A DNA stretch of 64,000 nucleotides, from positions 12,181-76,180 of the forward strand of contig PCXA01000010.1 of assembly GCA_002796325.1 (NCBI GenBank). Reading direction: 5' to 3'. The translations under genes were made by a program, and so were the position numbers. Positions 25,235 through 35,376 of this stretch are shown here, piece by piece (the stretch's first letter is position 1; each line of letters begins with the position of its first letter). Source of the stretch: Deltaproteobacteria bacterium CG11_big_fil_rev_8_21_14_0_20_47_16. Lineage in GTDB: Bacteria; UBA10199; GCA-002796325; 1-14-0-20-47-16. The notes below the pieces were generated by a model that worked only from the letters and a program-made list of their open reading frames with translations, had not been told where the DNA came from and did no database searches.

Positions 25235-25911
25235 TGATTCTCTTTTTTGATACCTCAACTCCCAACGGCATTCTGGCACTTGGCCAGCAAGATCGCTGCA
25301 TCACATTTTCACACTGGAAAGCGGAGCACAGTCATTCCCAACTGCTGCCACCCTATATTGATACAGCATTGCAAGAACTTCCAAATGGCATCTCTGAATT
25401 AACCCATATCACCGTTGGTATTGGACCCGGATCATTCACGGGTTTACGCGTCGCACTTGCAACTGCCAAGGGGCTTGCAATCGCACGCAACATCCCACTA
25501 GTAGCAATTCCTAGTCCAACCGTTTTTGCAACACTGTGCCAGGCCACGACTGATTACGCAGCATGTTGTCTGGATGCCTTTCGCGGCGAAATCTATTTGG
25601 GCATTTATAAAATGCAGTCCGGCATCCCTGTATTACAAAATGATATTGCAAGCCTCACACCCAAAGTGGCTGCCATGCAAATTGCTGCATTAAATGGTAG
25701 TATCACCGTGACAGGGACGGGTTATGATCGGTATCGTGATCAGTTTCCGTCATCGGTAATTCCTGGAAATACTCACTATGACAAGGCCGCAGCAGTATCG
25801 ATTCTAAAATTTGCGACGCAGTCTATTCAGAACAATAAAACGCATCAACCGGCAGAGTTGCATCCCTATTATGTGCGCGATGCCGAGGCCGTGGAAAAAC
25901 AAAAGCGATGA
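25234..25911 (+). CDS. tsaB: tRNA t6A37 biosynthesis protein TsaB
   Basis: ILFFDTSTPNGILALG and GIGPGSFTGLRVALATAKGLA. I prefer the ATG at 25234, which overlaps the rseP stop, over the GTG at 25225. Confidence 0.88.
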   Translation: MILFFDTSTPNGILALGQQDRCITFSHWKAEHSHSQLLPPYIDTALQELPNGISELTHITVGIGPGSFTGLRVALATAKGLAIARNIPLVAIPSPTVFATLCQATTDYAACCLDAFRGEIYLGIYKMQSGIPVLQNDIASLTPKVAAMQIAALNGSITVTGTGYDRYRDQFPSSVIPGNTHYDKAAAVSILKFATQSIQNNKTHQPAELHPYYVRDAEAVEKQKR

Positions 25912-26369
25912 ACGTTGTTCTTCTTCACCCCGAAATTCCCGAAAACACGGGAAACATTGCACGCCTTTGTGCGGGCACTCAGTCACCGTTGCACCTCATT
26001 CGCCCCATGGGATTTCGATTGGATGAAAAGCGCATGAAGCGCGCGGGGCTTGACTACTGGCCTCACGTGGATCTGCATGTTCATGATGGGTGGGATGCCT
26101 TTTGCGCGGCATGCCCAGGCACCTATTGGTTTGCCAGCACAAAAGGGGAGCGGGCCCACTATGATGCCGCATATGCCCCAAATGATTACCTCTGCTTTGG
26201 GAGCGAAACCAGTGGACTGCCCGCTGATTTTTATGCCCGCTATCGCAGCCAGCTCATCACTATCCCCATGACAGGCCCCATTCGCTCCCTGAACCTGGCC
26301 AATGCGGTCTCCATCGTGCTTTACGAGGCCCTTCGTCCAATGCTTCAAATTCAGCCTAAAACCCTTTGA
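25908..26369 (+). CDS. trmL: tRNA (cytidine/uridine-2'-O)-methyltransferase TrmL (SpoU/TrmH family)
   Basis: 153 aa: VVLLHPEIPENTGNIARLCAGTQSPLHLIRPMGF and SLNLANAVSIVLYEALR. Confidence 0.9.
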   Translation: MNVVLLHPEIPENTGNIARLCAGTQSPLHLIRPMGFRLDEKRMKRAGLDYWPHVDLHVHDGWDAFCAACPGTYWFASTKGERAHYDAAYAPNDYLCFGSETSGLPADFYARYRSQLITIPMTGPIRSLNLANAVSIVLYEALRPMLQIQPKTL

Positions 26370-26394
26370 CATATCAAAGTTTTTTCACTATCAG
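26366..26394 (+). promoter_or_regulatory. candidate sigma70 promoter for the pyr operon (TTGACA-17 nt-TATCAG)
   Basis: A perfect -35 TTGACA (26366-26371), an exact 17-nt spacer and a -10 TATCAG (26389-26394), 25 nt upstream of the pyrR ATG. It overlaps the trmL stop. Confidence 0.5.
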
Positions 26395-26418
26395 GTCGCC
26401 TCGATCCAAGTCCCCATT

Positions 26419-26964
26419 ATGGCAAACGTGACCACCATACCGCTGATGACGGCGGAAGACATGAAGACCGCGATGGTCGGTATTGCTGCTGGTATTTGTC
26501 TCGATTTCCCCCAAAATACGCCCTGTGCACTGGTCGGCATCAAAAGCCGTGGTATTCCCATGGCCAACTATATTGCCAAGGCCATGAAAGAGACCTTCAA
26601 ACGTGAAATGCCCATTGGCACACTGGACATCAATTTATACCGTGATGATTTATCAGAAGTAGGTGATGCACCAGTGGTAAAACCCGTGCAGCTTCCCTTT
26701 GATATTACCGGAATGAACGTCATTTTGTTTGATGATGTTCTGTTTACAGGTCGCACCATTCGTGCGGCCATGGATGCACTGATTGATCATGGCCGTCCCG
26801 CCAGTATCAAGCTGGCCGTAATGGTCGACCGTGGGTTCCGCGAGTTTCCCATTCAAGCGGATTATGTCGGCAAACGCATCCAAACGACCATGAAGCAAAA
26901 TGTAAAAGTCTGCTTTGAAGAAACAGATGGTAAAATTGAGTGTTACATTAAAGAGACGCAATGA
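26419..26964 (+). CDS. pyrR: bifunctional pyrimidine operon regulator / uracil phosphoribosyltransferase PyrR
   Basis: The ATG at 26419 gives a 181-aa product. The PRTase loop is VILFDDVLFTGRTIRAAMDAL, followed by RPASIKLAVMVDRGFRE. It sits directly upstream of pyrB. Confidence 0.9.
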   Translation: MANVTTIPLMTAEDMKTAMVGIAAGICLDFPQNTPCALVGIKSRGIPMANYIAKAMKETFKREMPIGTLDINLYRDDLSEVGDAPVVKPVQLPFDITGMNVILFDDVLFTGRTIRAAMDALIDHGRPASIKLAVMVDRGFREFPIQADYVGKRIQTTMKQNVKVCFEETDGKIECYIKETQ

Positions 26965-27860
26965 CACGAAAGCTTAAAAACCTTCTTTCAGTAGATCATC
27001 TTTCATCGAATACTATTTTTGACATTTTTAAATCAGCAGCTGCTTTCAAAAAGAAATTGCCGCCACACACACTATCCGGAAAAATTGTTCTCAATGCCTT
27101 TTTTGAAAACAGCACACGCACGCGCGTTTCATTTGAGACCGCTGCCGCACGATTGGGCGCACATTCAATCGGCTTTACTGAGCAGGGTAGCTCTGTATCC
27201 AAAGGGGAGTCCTTCCAAGATACGATACTCAATCTGGCTGTCATGCACCCCGATGCCATTGTTTTGCGACACGCCCAATCGGGTGCTGCCGAAATGGCTC
27301 AGGAGTTGGTTGGAAAAATTCCCGTCATTAATGCGGGTGACGGCCGTCACGAGCACCCCACGCAGGCACTACTGGATGCAATGACGATAATGGAACATGC
27401 TGGTGCCCTCAAAGGTTTGCATGTCGGTATCATTGGTGACATCGCACAATCCCGTGTGGCACGTAGCAACATGCTCTTGCTTAAAAAGATGGGAGCATCT
27501 GTTAGCATCTGCGCGCCTAAAACCATGATACCCAGCCACGTGACGCAGTATGGTGTTAAAGTCACTACAGACCTGCGCAAACTTGTGCCCACACTTGATG
27601 TCATTATGATGCTGCGTATTCAAATGGAACGGGAGCAGAGCCCTTGCATCCCATCCGTTGCGGACTATGCCAAAAATTATCAATTAAATGCGGCCCTCAT
27701 GTCCACCGCTCAAGCCAATGCGATTGTTATGCACCCAGGCCCCATGAATCGCGGCGTTGAAATTGCCGATGATGTTGCCAATGGACCCCAGTCTGTCATT
27801 TTGCAACAAACTGAAAATGGCGTATTTATCCGCATGGCCGTGCTGAAGGCGGTGCTATGA
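26961..27860 (+). CDS. pyrB: aspartate carbamoyltransferase catalytic subunit
   Basis: 299 aa with FFENSTRTRVSFE, HPTQALLD and MHPGPMNRGVEI. Confidence 0.95.
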   Translation: MTRKLKNLLSVDHLSSNTIFDIFKSAAAFKKKLPPHTLSGKIVLNAFFENSTRTRVSFETAAARLGAHSIGFTEQGSSVSKGESFQDTILNLAVMHPDAIVLRHAQSGAAEMAQELVGKIPVINAGDGRHEHPTQALLDAMTIMEHAGALKGLHVGIIGDIAQSRVARSNMLLLKKMGASVSICAPKTMIPSHVTQYGVKVTTDLRKLVPTLDVIMMLRIQMEREQSPCIPSVADYAKNYQLNAALMSTAQANAIVMHPGPMNRGVEIADDVANGPQSVILQQTENGVFIRMAVLKAVL

Positions 27861-29149
27861 ACTTTATAATTATTAATGGACGTGTTGTTGACCCCAGTCA
27901 AAAGCTAGATCGCAAGGCCAACATAGTGATCCGTGATGGCAAAATCGCAGGTATTACAACTACCAACAAAATTCCAGATGGGTACGCCGTGTTTGATGCA
28001 AGCGACCTACTCATCATGCCAGGTCTGGTGGATATGCACTGCCATCTGCGTGATCCAGGGCAAACCAGCAAAGAAGACATTTACACGGGTACCATGTCCG
28101 CTGCTGCAGGTGGTTTTACAAGCATTGCTTGTATGGCCAATACTGTTCCTGTCAACGATACCGCCACCATTACCAAATATATTTTGGATGAGTGCCGCTC
28201 ACATGCCCATGTCAATGTACATGTCATTGGCGCCATCACCAAAGGTCTGCAGGGTGAAGTCATGGCTGAAATGGCCGGCATGAAACAGTCGGGCATTGTT
28301 GCGGTTTCAGACGATGGCATGTGCGTTATGAATGCACAACTCATGCGTCGCGCCATGGAATATGCGGACACATTGGGGCTCCCCGTGATCATTCATGCAG
28401 AAGATGAGTGTATGTGCCATGGCGCTGTCATGCATGAAGGGGCTGTGTCCACTCGGCTTGGGCTGATTGGCAAACCCGCAGAGTCCGAAGAAATTATTGT
28501 GAAGCGTGACATTGCACTAGCACGCATGACAGGCGCACACCTGCATGTGGCCCATGTCAGTTCTGCCGAAAGTGTCAAAGCCATTGCCCAAGCCAAAAAG
28601 GAAGGGCTGCGAATTACAGCAGAAGTGACACCGCATCACCTAAGCCTCACCGACGAAGCCTTGCTCCATTACAATGTCAATGCCAAGGTCAATCCACCCA
28701 TTCGTGACAACGCGCATCGCAAAGCGTTGATCAAGGCACTCAAAGAGGGTGTCATTGATGCCATCGCCACAGACCATGCGCCGCACACTGCGCTTGATAA
28801 AAATTGCGGCATGGATTTGGCGGCATGTGGCATGGTGGGATTTGAAACGGCATTTTCACTTGCGTACAAATTGGTTGCCGAAAAACAACTCAGTGTTTCC
28901 CAATTGGTTCAGCGCATGAGCACAACGCCGGCAGCAATTTTGGGACTCAATGCCGGCAGCCTGAAGAAGGGACGGCCGGCTGACATTACCATTGTTGACC
29001 CGCGTTCCACATGGACGGTGGACAGCAGTCAATTTTTTTCAAAAGGACGCAACTCGCCATTTGATGGTTGGAAATTACCAGCACCAGTTGTTTACACATT
29101 CGTAAATGGGAAAGTGGTTTATCGGAATGAACGTTCGATTGCATCTTGA
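27857..29149 (+). CDS. pyrC: dihydroorotase (long, class I type)
   Basis: 430 aa with PGLVDMHCHLRDPG and ATDHAPH. It overlaps pyrB by 4 nt. Confidence 0.93.
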   Translation: MNFIIINGRVVDPSQKLDRKANIVIRDGKIAGITTTNKIPDGYAVFDASDLLIMPGLVDMHCHLRDPGQTSKEDIYTGTMSAAAGGFTSIACMANTVPVNDTATITKYILDECRSHAHVNVHVIGAITKGLQGEVMAEMAGMKQSGIVAVSDDGMCVMNAQLMRRAMEYADTLGLPVIIHAEDECMCHGAVMHEGAVSTRLGLIGKPAESEEIIVKRDIALARMTGAHLHVAHVSSAESVKAIAQAKKEGLRITAEVTPHHLSLTDEALLHYNVNAKVNPPIRDNAHRKALIKALKEGVIDAIATDHAPHTALDKNCGMDLAACGMVGFETAFSLAYKLVAEKQLSVSQLVQRMSTTPAAILGLNAGSLKKGRPADITIVDPRSTWTVDSSQFFSKGRNSPFDGWKLPAPVVYTFVNGKVVYRNERSIAS

Positions 29150-30239
29150 AGATGGCACTTCTTTTGCGGCTCAGGCCGTGACGGATATTGTTTCTGCAGG
29201 TGGTGAAATCGTTTTCAATACCAGCATGACTGGCTATCAAGAAATCTGTACCGATCCATCATATACAGGCCAGATGGTTGTGATGACCTATCCGCACATT
29301 GGCAATGTGGGGGTTAATGAAGAGGATGTAGAATCAAACCGTCCTTGGGTATCAGCACTGATTACACGCAGCTACCATGGCACGCCCAGCAATTGGCGCA
29401 GCACTGAAGCGCTCCATACTTATCTTGCAAAAAATAAAATCCCATTACTCACCGGAGTCGATACACGCCGACTGGTACGTCACCTGCGTGACAAAGGTGC
29501 CATGCGCGCAGTGATCTTGCATGACACCGCATCCAGTGCAGAAATTCAAAAGGCATTCTCAACAGTGCCCAACATGAACGGTCAGGACCTTGCCACACAG
29601 GTCAGCTGTAAAGAACCCTATGAATGGGCCGAGCCCTTGTATGAAAATCGCACGCAGCCAAAAGCGCCTGCAACACATCACATCGTGGTGATCGACTTTG
29701 GTGCCAAGTACAACATTTTGCGTCACTTGGTCAGTCGCGGCTGTAAAGTGACCGTGGTACCCTCCACAACAACTGCTGCACAAATTGCAGATTTAAAACC
29801 AGACGGCATTATGCTCTCGAATGGGCCCGGCGATCCCGCGGCTGTCACTCACGCCCCCGCACTCATCCAACAACTGATGGGCAAGTACCCCATGTTTGGG
29901 ATTTGCCTGGGTCATCAATTGCTGGCGCTATCATTGGGCGCTACAACCTATAAATTGAAATTTGGACATCGTGGTGCCAATCAGCCTGTCAAAAATCTTG
30001 TCACAGGCAAGGTGACGATCACATCCCAGAATCACGGATTTGCAGTGGACCCCAAAACATTGCCCAAAGACTGTATTGAGACGGAAATTAATTTAAATGA
30101 CAACACCAACCAGGGATTTCGACATACAACGTTACCCATCATTGCGGTGCAGTACCATCCCGAGGCATCGCCGGGACCACACGATGCCAACTACTGGTTT
30201 GATGAATTTATGAGACTTGTTCATGCCCAAACGCACTGA
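29127..30239 (+). CDS. carA: carbamoyl-phosphate synthase small (glutaminase) subunit
   Basis: It has [15 protein letters not shown] and the GATase triad region [10 protein letters not shown] prefer the start at 29127 ([11 protein letters not shown]); 29106 is possible. Confidence 0.92.
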   Translation: MNVRLHLEDGTSFAAQAVTDIVSAGGEIVFNTSMTGYQEICTDPSYTGQMVVMTYPHIGNVGVNEEDVESNRPWVSALITRSYHGTPSNWRSTEALHTYLAKNKIPLLTGVDTRRLVRHLRDKGAMRAVILHDTASSAEIQKAFSTVPNMNGQDLATQVSCKEPYEWAEPLYENRTQPKAPATHHIVVIDFGAKYNILRHLVSRGCKVTVVPSTTTAAQIADLKPDGIMLSNGPGDPAAVTHAPALIQQLMGKYPMFGICLGHQLLALSLGATTYKLKFGHRGANQPVKNLVTGKVTITSQNHGFAVDPKTLPKDCIETEINLNDNTNQGFRHTTLPIIAVQYHPEASPGPHDANYWFDEFMRLVHAQTH

Positions 30240-33200
30240 CATATCATCCGTCATGATTATTGGCGCTGGCCCCATCGTGATTGGGCAGGCCTGTGAATTT
30301 GACTATTCCGGTACGCAGGCATGCAAAGCGATTCGTGAAGAAGGATATCGCACGATTTTGGTTAACTCCAATCCAGCCACGATTATGACGGACCCAGAAC
30401 TGGCTGACCGCACTTATATTGAGCCACTTACCACTGAAGTTTTGGAGCGCATTATCATCACGGAAAAACCAGATGCTATCCTGCCAACAGTAGGGGGACA
30501 GACAGCCCTTAATCTGGCTGTCAAGTTGGCGGAATCTGGATTTCTTAAAAAGCACAACGTCAAGCTGATTGGCGCTAATCTTGAAGCCATACACAAAGCC
30601 GAAGACCGCGCACTCTTTAAACAGATCATCTGCGACCTGGGCTACTATGTGCCGCAAAGCAAATTGGTCCACAGTATGACCGAAGCCATTGCGGCATTGA
30701 ACGAATTAAAACTACCGCTCATTATTCGCCCTGCATTTACATTGGGAGGCACAGGTGGTGGTGTTGCCAGCACACCCAAAGACTATGCAATCATGATGGA
30801 AAAGGCGATTGCATCAAGCCCTGTGTCACAAGTGCTCGTCGAAGAATCAGTCGTCGGATGGAAGGAATACGAACTTGAAGTCATGCGCGACAACAAGGAC
30901 CATGTGGTCATTATCTGCTCGATTGAAAATATTGATGCCATGGGTGTTCATACGGGTGACTCCATCACCGTCGCACCTGCACAAACGCTGACCGATAAAG
31001 AATACCAACAGATGCGTGATGCCGCCATTCGCATTATTCGTGCGATTGGCGTGGAAACCGGCGGCTCCAATATCCAATTTGCAGTGAATCCCAAAAATGG
31101 ACAACTCATGGTCATTGAAATGAATCCGCGCGTGTCACGTTCCTCTGCATTGGCCTCCAAGGCAACAGGGTTTCCCATCGCCAAGATCGCTGCCAAGCTT
31201 GCACTTGGATACACACTCGACGAATTACCCAACGACATTACCAAGAAGACCATGGCTGCGTTTGAACCCACAATCGATTATGTTGTTACTAAAATCCCAC
31301 GATTCAATTTCGAAAAGTTTCCACATGCCGATGCCACTCTGACCACACAAATGAAATCAGTGGGGGAGGTAATGGCCATTGGGGATACTTTTACGGATTC
31401 ATTTTATAAGGCACTGTCCAGTCTGGAACTCGCTCCACCCCAGTTTGCGGATATCCCAACAGAACAATTATTAGAAGCCATCGCCGTTCCCACACATGAT
31501 CGTGTATGGAAAATTTTGGAACTCATTAAACGCGACGAAAAAGATATTCTTAAGAAAATTCAGGCCATCACCCATTGGGACCCGTGGTTTCTCGATCAGA
31601 TCGCGCAGGCACCCACACAAGTACAACGCACGTCATCCTATTCACTTGTCGACACCTGTGCGGCCGAATTTGAATCCAAGACACCATACTTGTATTCAAG
31701 CAGCATTGCAGAAACAAATGAACTCCCACGCACCGATCGTGACAAAGTGATTGTTCTGGGAAGCGGTCCTAATCGCATTGGTCAGGGCATTGAGTTTGAC
31801 TACTGTTGTGTGCATGCAAGCATGGCCTTACGTGAGGCCGGCGTTGAATCCATCATGGTTAATTGCAATCCTGAAACTGTCAGTACTGATTATGACATTT
31901 CAGACCGCTTATACTTTGAGCCACTCACATTTGACTCAGTCATGAACATCATTGCGCACGAAAAGCCCAAAGGCGTGATCTTGCAATTCGGTGGGCAAAC
32001 CCCGCTTAAACTCGCCGCTCGCTTGCACAATGCCGGCGTTCCAATCTTGGGGACGTCGCCGGACGCCATTCACCTTGCCGAAGAGCGCGAATCGTTTTCA
32101 GCGCTCATCCAAAAATTGGGAATGCGCCAAACCGATGGCGACATTGCGCGCAGCACACAAGATGCGCTTGCTGCGGCATCACGCATTGGCTTCCCAGTTA
32201 TGGTGCGCCCATCGTATGTCTTGGGTGGCCGCGGTATGGAAATCATCCACGATCCTGTCAGCCTGGAACGTTACGTAAAGGCAGCACTGGATGCCGACCC
32301 TGACAACACGATCCTCATCGACAAATTTTTGAATCAGGCGGTCGAGGTGGATGTTGACGCACTCTGTGATGGCAGCAATGTCTGGGTCGCTGGTATTATG
32401 GAGCACGTGGAAGAAGCCGGCATTCACTCAGGCGACAGCTCCTGCTGTCTGCCCACGTTTACTCTGCCAAAGCCCATTGTGGACCAAATCCACGAGCAAT
32501 CCATCACATTAGCAAAGGCGCTCAACGTCGTTGGCCTCATCAACATCCAATTCGCGGTTCAGGATGACATCATCTATATAATAGAGGCCAACCCCAGGGC
32601 ATCGCGTACAGTGCCCTTTGTATCCAAGGCCATTGGTCTGCCACTGGCAAAACTGGCCACACGTATTATGCTCGGTTCAAAGCTTACTGACCTACAGCTT
32701 CCCAAAGGAAAGGGCGTTCATCAGCATTGGGCTGTCAAATCACCTGTATTCCCATTCAACAAATTCCCGGGCGTCGACACACTTCTAAGCCCCGAAATGA
32801 AATCCACGGGCGAGGTTATGGGTATCGGTGCCGATTTTGGTGAGGCGTTTGCCAAGGCGCAATTGGCTGCAGGTACACGCCTGCCAATAGAAGGGGATGT
32901 ATTGATCACTGTTTGCGATGCAGACAAGATGGCCATTTTGCCACTGGCGCGCAAATTGGTTGAAAAAGGATTTCGCCTGCATTCCACTCGCGGCACCCGT
33001 CAGTACTTGCAAGACAATGGCGTGCCCGCATTTTTGGCCAACAAGGTGCGCGAAGGTAATCCCAACATTATTGATGAAATGAAATCCAAAAAGTTTTGCA
33101 TGGTTATCAACACGCCCAATGATCGGCTCTCTACATCCGATTCATTTGTCATTCGCCGCAAGGCCCTTGAACTCAACATCCCATGCTTTACAGCGCTCTC

Positions 33201-33279
33201 ATCCGCACGCGCCGCCGTCCAAGGCATCCGTTATCTACGCGAGGGCAGCCCCAAGGAATACCCATTGCAATTGCTTTAA
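30223..33279 (+). CDS. carB: carbamoyl-phosphate synthase large subunit
   Basis: [33 protein letters not shown]. It has two ATP-grasp halves and an MGS-like C-terminus. At 1018 aa it is shorter than the 1073-aa E. coli enzyme. Confidence 0.95.
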   Translation: MPKRTDISSVMIIGAGPIVIGQACEFDYSGTQACKAIREEGYRTILVNSNPATIMTDPELADRTYIEPLTTEVLERIIITEKPDAILPTVGGQTALNLAVKLAESGFLKKHNVKLIGANLEAIHKAEDRALFKQIICDLGYYVPQSKLVHSMTEAIAALNELKLPLIIRPAFTLGGTGGGVASTPKDYAIMMEKAIASSPVSQVLVEESVVGWKEYELEVMRDNKDHVVIICSIENIDAMGVHTGDSITVAPAQTLTDKEYQQMRDAAIRIIRAIGVETGGSNIQFAVNPKNGQLMVIEMNPRVSRSSALASKATGFPIAKIAAKLALGYTLDELPNDITKKTMAAFEPTIDYVVTKIPRFNFEKFPHADATLTTQMKSVGEVMAIGDTFTDSFYKALSSLELAPPQFADIPTEQLLEAIAVPTHDRVWKILELIKRDEKDILKKIQAITHWDPWFLDQIAQAPTQVQRTSSYSLVDTCAAEFESKTPYLYSSSIAETNELPRTDRDKVIVLGSGPNRIGQGIEFDYCCVHASMALREAGVESIMVNCNPETVSTDYDISDRLYFEPLTFDSVMNIIAHEKPKGVILQFGGQTPLKLAARLHNAGVPILGTSPDAIHLAEERESFSALIQKLGMRQTDGDIARSTQDALAAASRIGFPVMVRPSYVLGGRGMEIIHDPVSLERYVKAALDADPDNTILIDKFLNQAVEVDVDALCDGSNVWVAGIMEHVEEAGIHSGDSSCCLPTFTLPKPIVDQIHEQSITLAKALNVVGLINIQFAVQDDIIYIIEANPRASRTVPFVSKAIGLPLAKLATRIMLGSKLTDLQLPKGKGVHQHWAVKSPVFPFNKFPGVDTLLSPEMKSTGEVMGIGADFGEAFAKAQLAAGTRLPIEGDVLITVCDADKMAILPLARKLVEKGFRLHSTRGTRQYLQDNGVPAFLANKVREGNPNIIDEMKSKKFCMVINTPNDRLSTSDSFVIRRKALELNIPCFTALSSARAAVQGIRYLREGSPKEYPLQLL

Positions 33280-33344
33280 CGTGTTCCGTGTTCCGTTTTC
33301 CGAACAGGTTCCCGTACACACACAGATATTCCGCATTTACGCTG

Positions 33345-33373
33345 TTGACGCGCGTTTCCGGTTGGGCCATAAA
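33345..33373 (+). promoter_or_regulatory. candidate sigma70 promoter (TTGACG-17 nt-CATAAA) for the RCC1-like gene
   Basis: -35 at 33345-33350, 17-nt spacer, -10 at 33368-33373. The AGAGGAAA SD and the ATG at 33393 follow. Confidence 0.3.
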
Positions 33374-33392
33374 CACAGAAAGAGGAAACTTT

Positions 33393-34889
33393 ATGACCAT
33401 TCACGCGACAGATAAAATTGCAAATGCCATTTGCCGATTGGATAACGATTTAAAATCGTGCCCACCTGAAAAGCTGGCATCTTATCGCACGCAAGCCCCA
33501 GTAACAGAGCCTGCGGCCCTAGGCTCCGTTAACTTTGAATGGCGGGGGAGTCAGTATAATCTTTTTTGCCGAAACGACCTGTGCACCTTGTCTAAATTTC
33601 AAGAACAGTCACTTCTTTGGGATCTTGCAGCCGCTGCTATCACAATTGGGTCACTGGGCATTATCAATGTTTTGGCAGGCTGTTCCGACAATCCTCAAGA
33701 GGGTGCGGATACGGTAACAGAGTTCCCGGATAGTGATAGCCATACAACCAACTCCAATAATACTGATATTGGCCAAACCAGTGGCCAAGACACACATATC
33801 AATACAAGCATTACTATCCAGCAATTGTCAGCAGGCAATAATAAGACCTGTGCACTATTAGAAAGTGGCGCTGTTATGTGTTGGGGTGATTGGTACAATG
33901 AATCATCTGACCTCACAAAACCTAAGTCGGTTGACTTGGCTTATACAGGGGACCCCATCATACAGATCTCTACCGGTGGCCGATTTGCATGTGCCCTATC
34001 AAGTGGGAGCTCTGTGCAATGCTGGGGGAACAACTTTCAAGGGCAGCTTGGAAGTGGTGACGATAAGCAATACAAGTTGCCAATATTTGTAAAAGGTTTG
34101 GATGCGGCACAAATTAAAGAAATTACAACAGGTGATATGCATGCCTGTGCACTCACTACACAAGGAAAAGTCCAATGCTGGGGGGACAACTTTCGAGGAC
34201 AACTCGGAATTGGTAAAGTCGACCCCACCGGGATTTATTTACCGCAATACGTGAAAGACCTTGGGGAGAACACCAATAACCCAGTGCTCCATATCGCCGC
34301 AGGCCCCATGTACACGTGTGCCATAGTTGAAATAGGACATATAATGTGTTGGGGTGGTAATGATATTCTCCTTCAAGGCTCTGCCCTAAGCGAGTCCATT
34401 CCTACTCCAGTTCCTGTAAACGGCATCAGTACGACAAAAAAGCCCATTCAGCTTGCGAGTGGGGGCGCACTTGCTTGTGCATTATTAGAAGGTGGTGCTG
34501 TGCAATGTTGGGGTGGTGTATACAACTCCTCATTAGGTGACGGTGTAAGCAATTCTGCTTATAGTGCTGTATATGTGAAGGGTATCGAACCAGGAAACCC
34601 AGCTATCCAAGTTGTGGCGGGCTCTAACTATAGTTGTGCATTACTTAAGGATTTAACAATAAAATGCTGGGGGCAACCAATATGGTCTGAACAACCAGTT
34701 ACTCAAATGTTACCTATAACCATTAACGACCTGAAAGGTACTCAAATTTCTGCTGGGCAATTACATATGTGTTCACTGGATCAAAGTGGAGCAGTCTGGT
34801 GTTGGGGGTCAAATTATAATGGTGAGCTTGGCAACGGAACAAAGAGCGACCATTTCTCCCCTGAACCGACTCTGGTAAATTTCAACTAG
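33393..34889 (+). CDS. RCC1-repeat (7-bladed beta-propeller) protein with internal lipobox/TM anchor
   Basis: The ATG at 33393 has a strong SD. Seven CWG-type RCC1 blades are present (VMCWGDWYN, VQCWGNNFQGQLGSG, VQCWGDNFRGQLGIG, IMCWGGNDILLQG, VQCWGGVYNSSLGDG, IKCWGQPIW, VWCWGSNYNGELGNG). A hydrophobic segment plus lipobox (AAAITIGSLGIINVLAGC) lies about 95 aa from the start. Confidence 0.82.
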   Translation: MTIHATDKIANAICRLDNDLKSCPPEKLASYRTQAPVTEPAALGSVNFEWRGSQYNLFCRNDLCTLSKFQEQSLLWDLAAAAITIGSLGIINVLAGCSDNPQEGADTVTEFPDSDSHTTNSNNTDIGQTSGQDTHINTSITIQQLSAGNNKTCALLESGAVMCWGDWYNESSDLTKPKSVDLAYTGDPIIQISTGGRFACALSSGSSVQCWGNNFQGQLGSGDDKQYKLPIFVKGLDAAQIKEITTGDMHACALTTQGKVQCWGDNFRGQLGIGKVDPTGIYLPQYVKDLGENTNNPVLHIAAGPMYTCAIVEIGHIMCWGGNDILLQGSALSESIPTPVPVNGISTTKKPIQLASGGALACALLEGGAVQCWGGVYNSSLGDGVSNSAYSAVYVKGIEPGNPAIQVVAGSNYSCALLKDLTIKCWGQPIWSEQPVTQMLPITINDLKGTQISAGQLHMCSLDQSGAVWCWGSNYNGELGNGTKSDHFSPEPTLVNFN

Positions 34890-35019
34890 ATTCACGAGTA
34901 GAGAGTTTTGTTTCAGGAAGAGATGGCTGAAGTGCGGTAGCTTCTGTATTGGTACAAGGGATATTGTGATTTTCAAGTGTGCAAATTGCCTTTGCAAGCC
35001 GAGTGGGGGTAATTGTCAT
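34882..35019 (-). CDS. candidate small protein (45 aa), hypothetical
   Basis: AAGGAG sits 5 nt upstream of the ATG (35019). Translation: MTITPTRLAKAICTLENHNIPCTNTEATALQPSLPETKLSTRESS. It is below the ORF-track length cut-off and overlaps the stop of the RCC1 gene by 8 nt, convergently. Confidence 0.3.
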   Translation of the reverse strand: MTITPTRLAKAICTLENHNIPCTNTEATALQPSLPETKLSTRESS

Positions 35020-35229
35020 AAACGCTCCTTAGTGATTGAAGGCCATTACTAACAAGCTCCAAGCCGCGTCAATAGGCAACTAGCTGAAGAAATTAGTTGG
35101 CTTTGCAAGATGTTCAGTCTGCCTAGAAACCAAATACTCTATCTATAAGAGTGTTTTATAAAAGGGTGCCTTATATCTACCCCAAAAACATCCCCAAAAT
35201 CCGGCACTTTAAGCTGATTTTGCCCATTT

Positions 35230-35258
35230 TTGACGCATTTTTTTCTTTGAATTTCAAT
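35230..35258 (+). promoter_or_regulatory. candidate sigma70 promoter (TTGACG-17 nt-TTCAAT) for the barrel-protein/TSP3-giant operon
   Basis: -35 at 35230-35235, 17-nt T-rich spacer, -10 at 35253-35258, about 115 nt upstream of the ATG at 35377. Confidence 0.35.
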
Positions 35259-35376
35259 TAGTTACAAAAAACTCGCCCAAAAGTACGCAACAAATCCAAA
35301 ATCCAACCGATAACCTATGCAGGAGAACTGGGTAATTGGGCAGGGGGCCCTAAATCCCGGAAAACTGGAGGACGTT

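Noticed and set aside
26370-26418. Possible PyrR-binding attenuator (ARUCCAGAGAGGYU-type hairpin) upstream of pyrR/pyrB
   Set aside because: I could not find the CCAGAGAGG core or a terminator/antiterminator pair in the 49-nt leader or at the pyrR-pyrB junction, where the genes overlap by 4 nt. Only a plain sigma70-like promoter is visible.
35090-35250. Sigma54-type promoter (TGGC...TTGC) in the long intergenic region, at TTGGCTTTGCAAG and GGCAC-N12-TTGCC
   Set aside because: The spacing between the GG and GC elements is wrong in both cases (6 and about 17 nt rather than the canonical 10 nt between dinucleotides).
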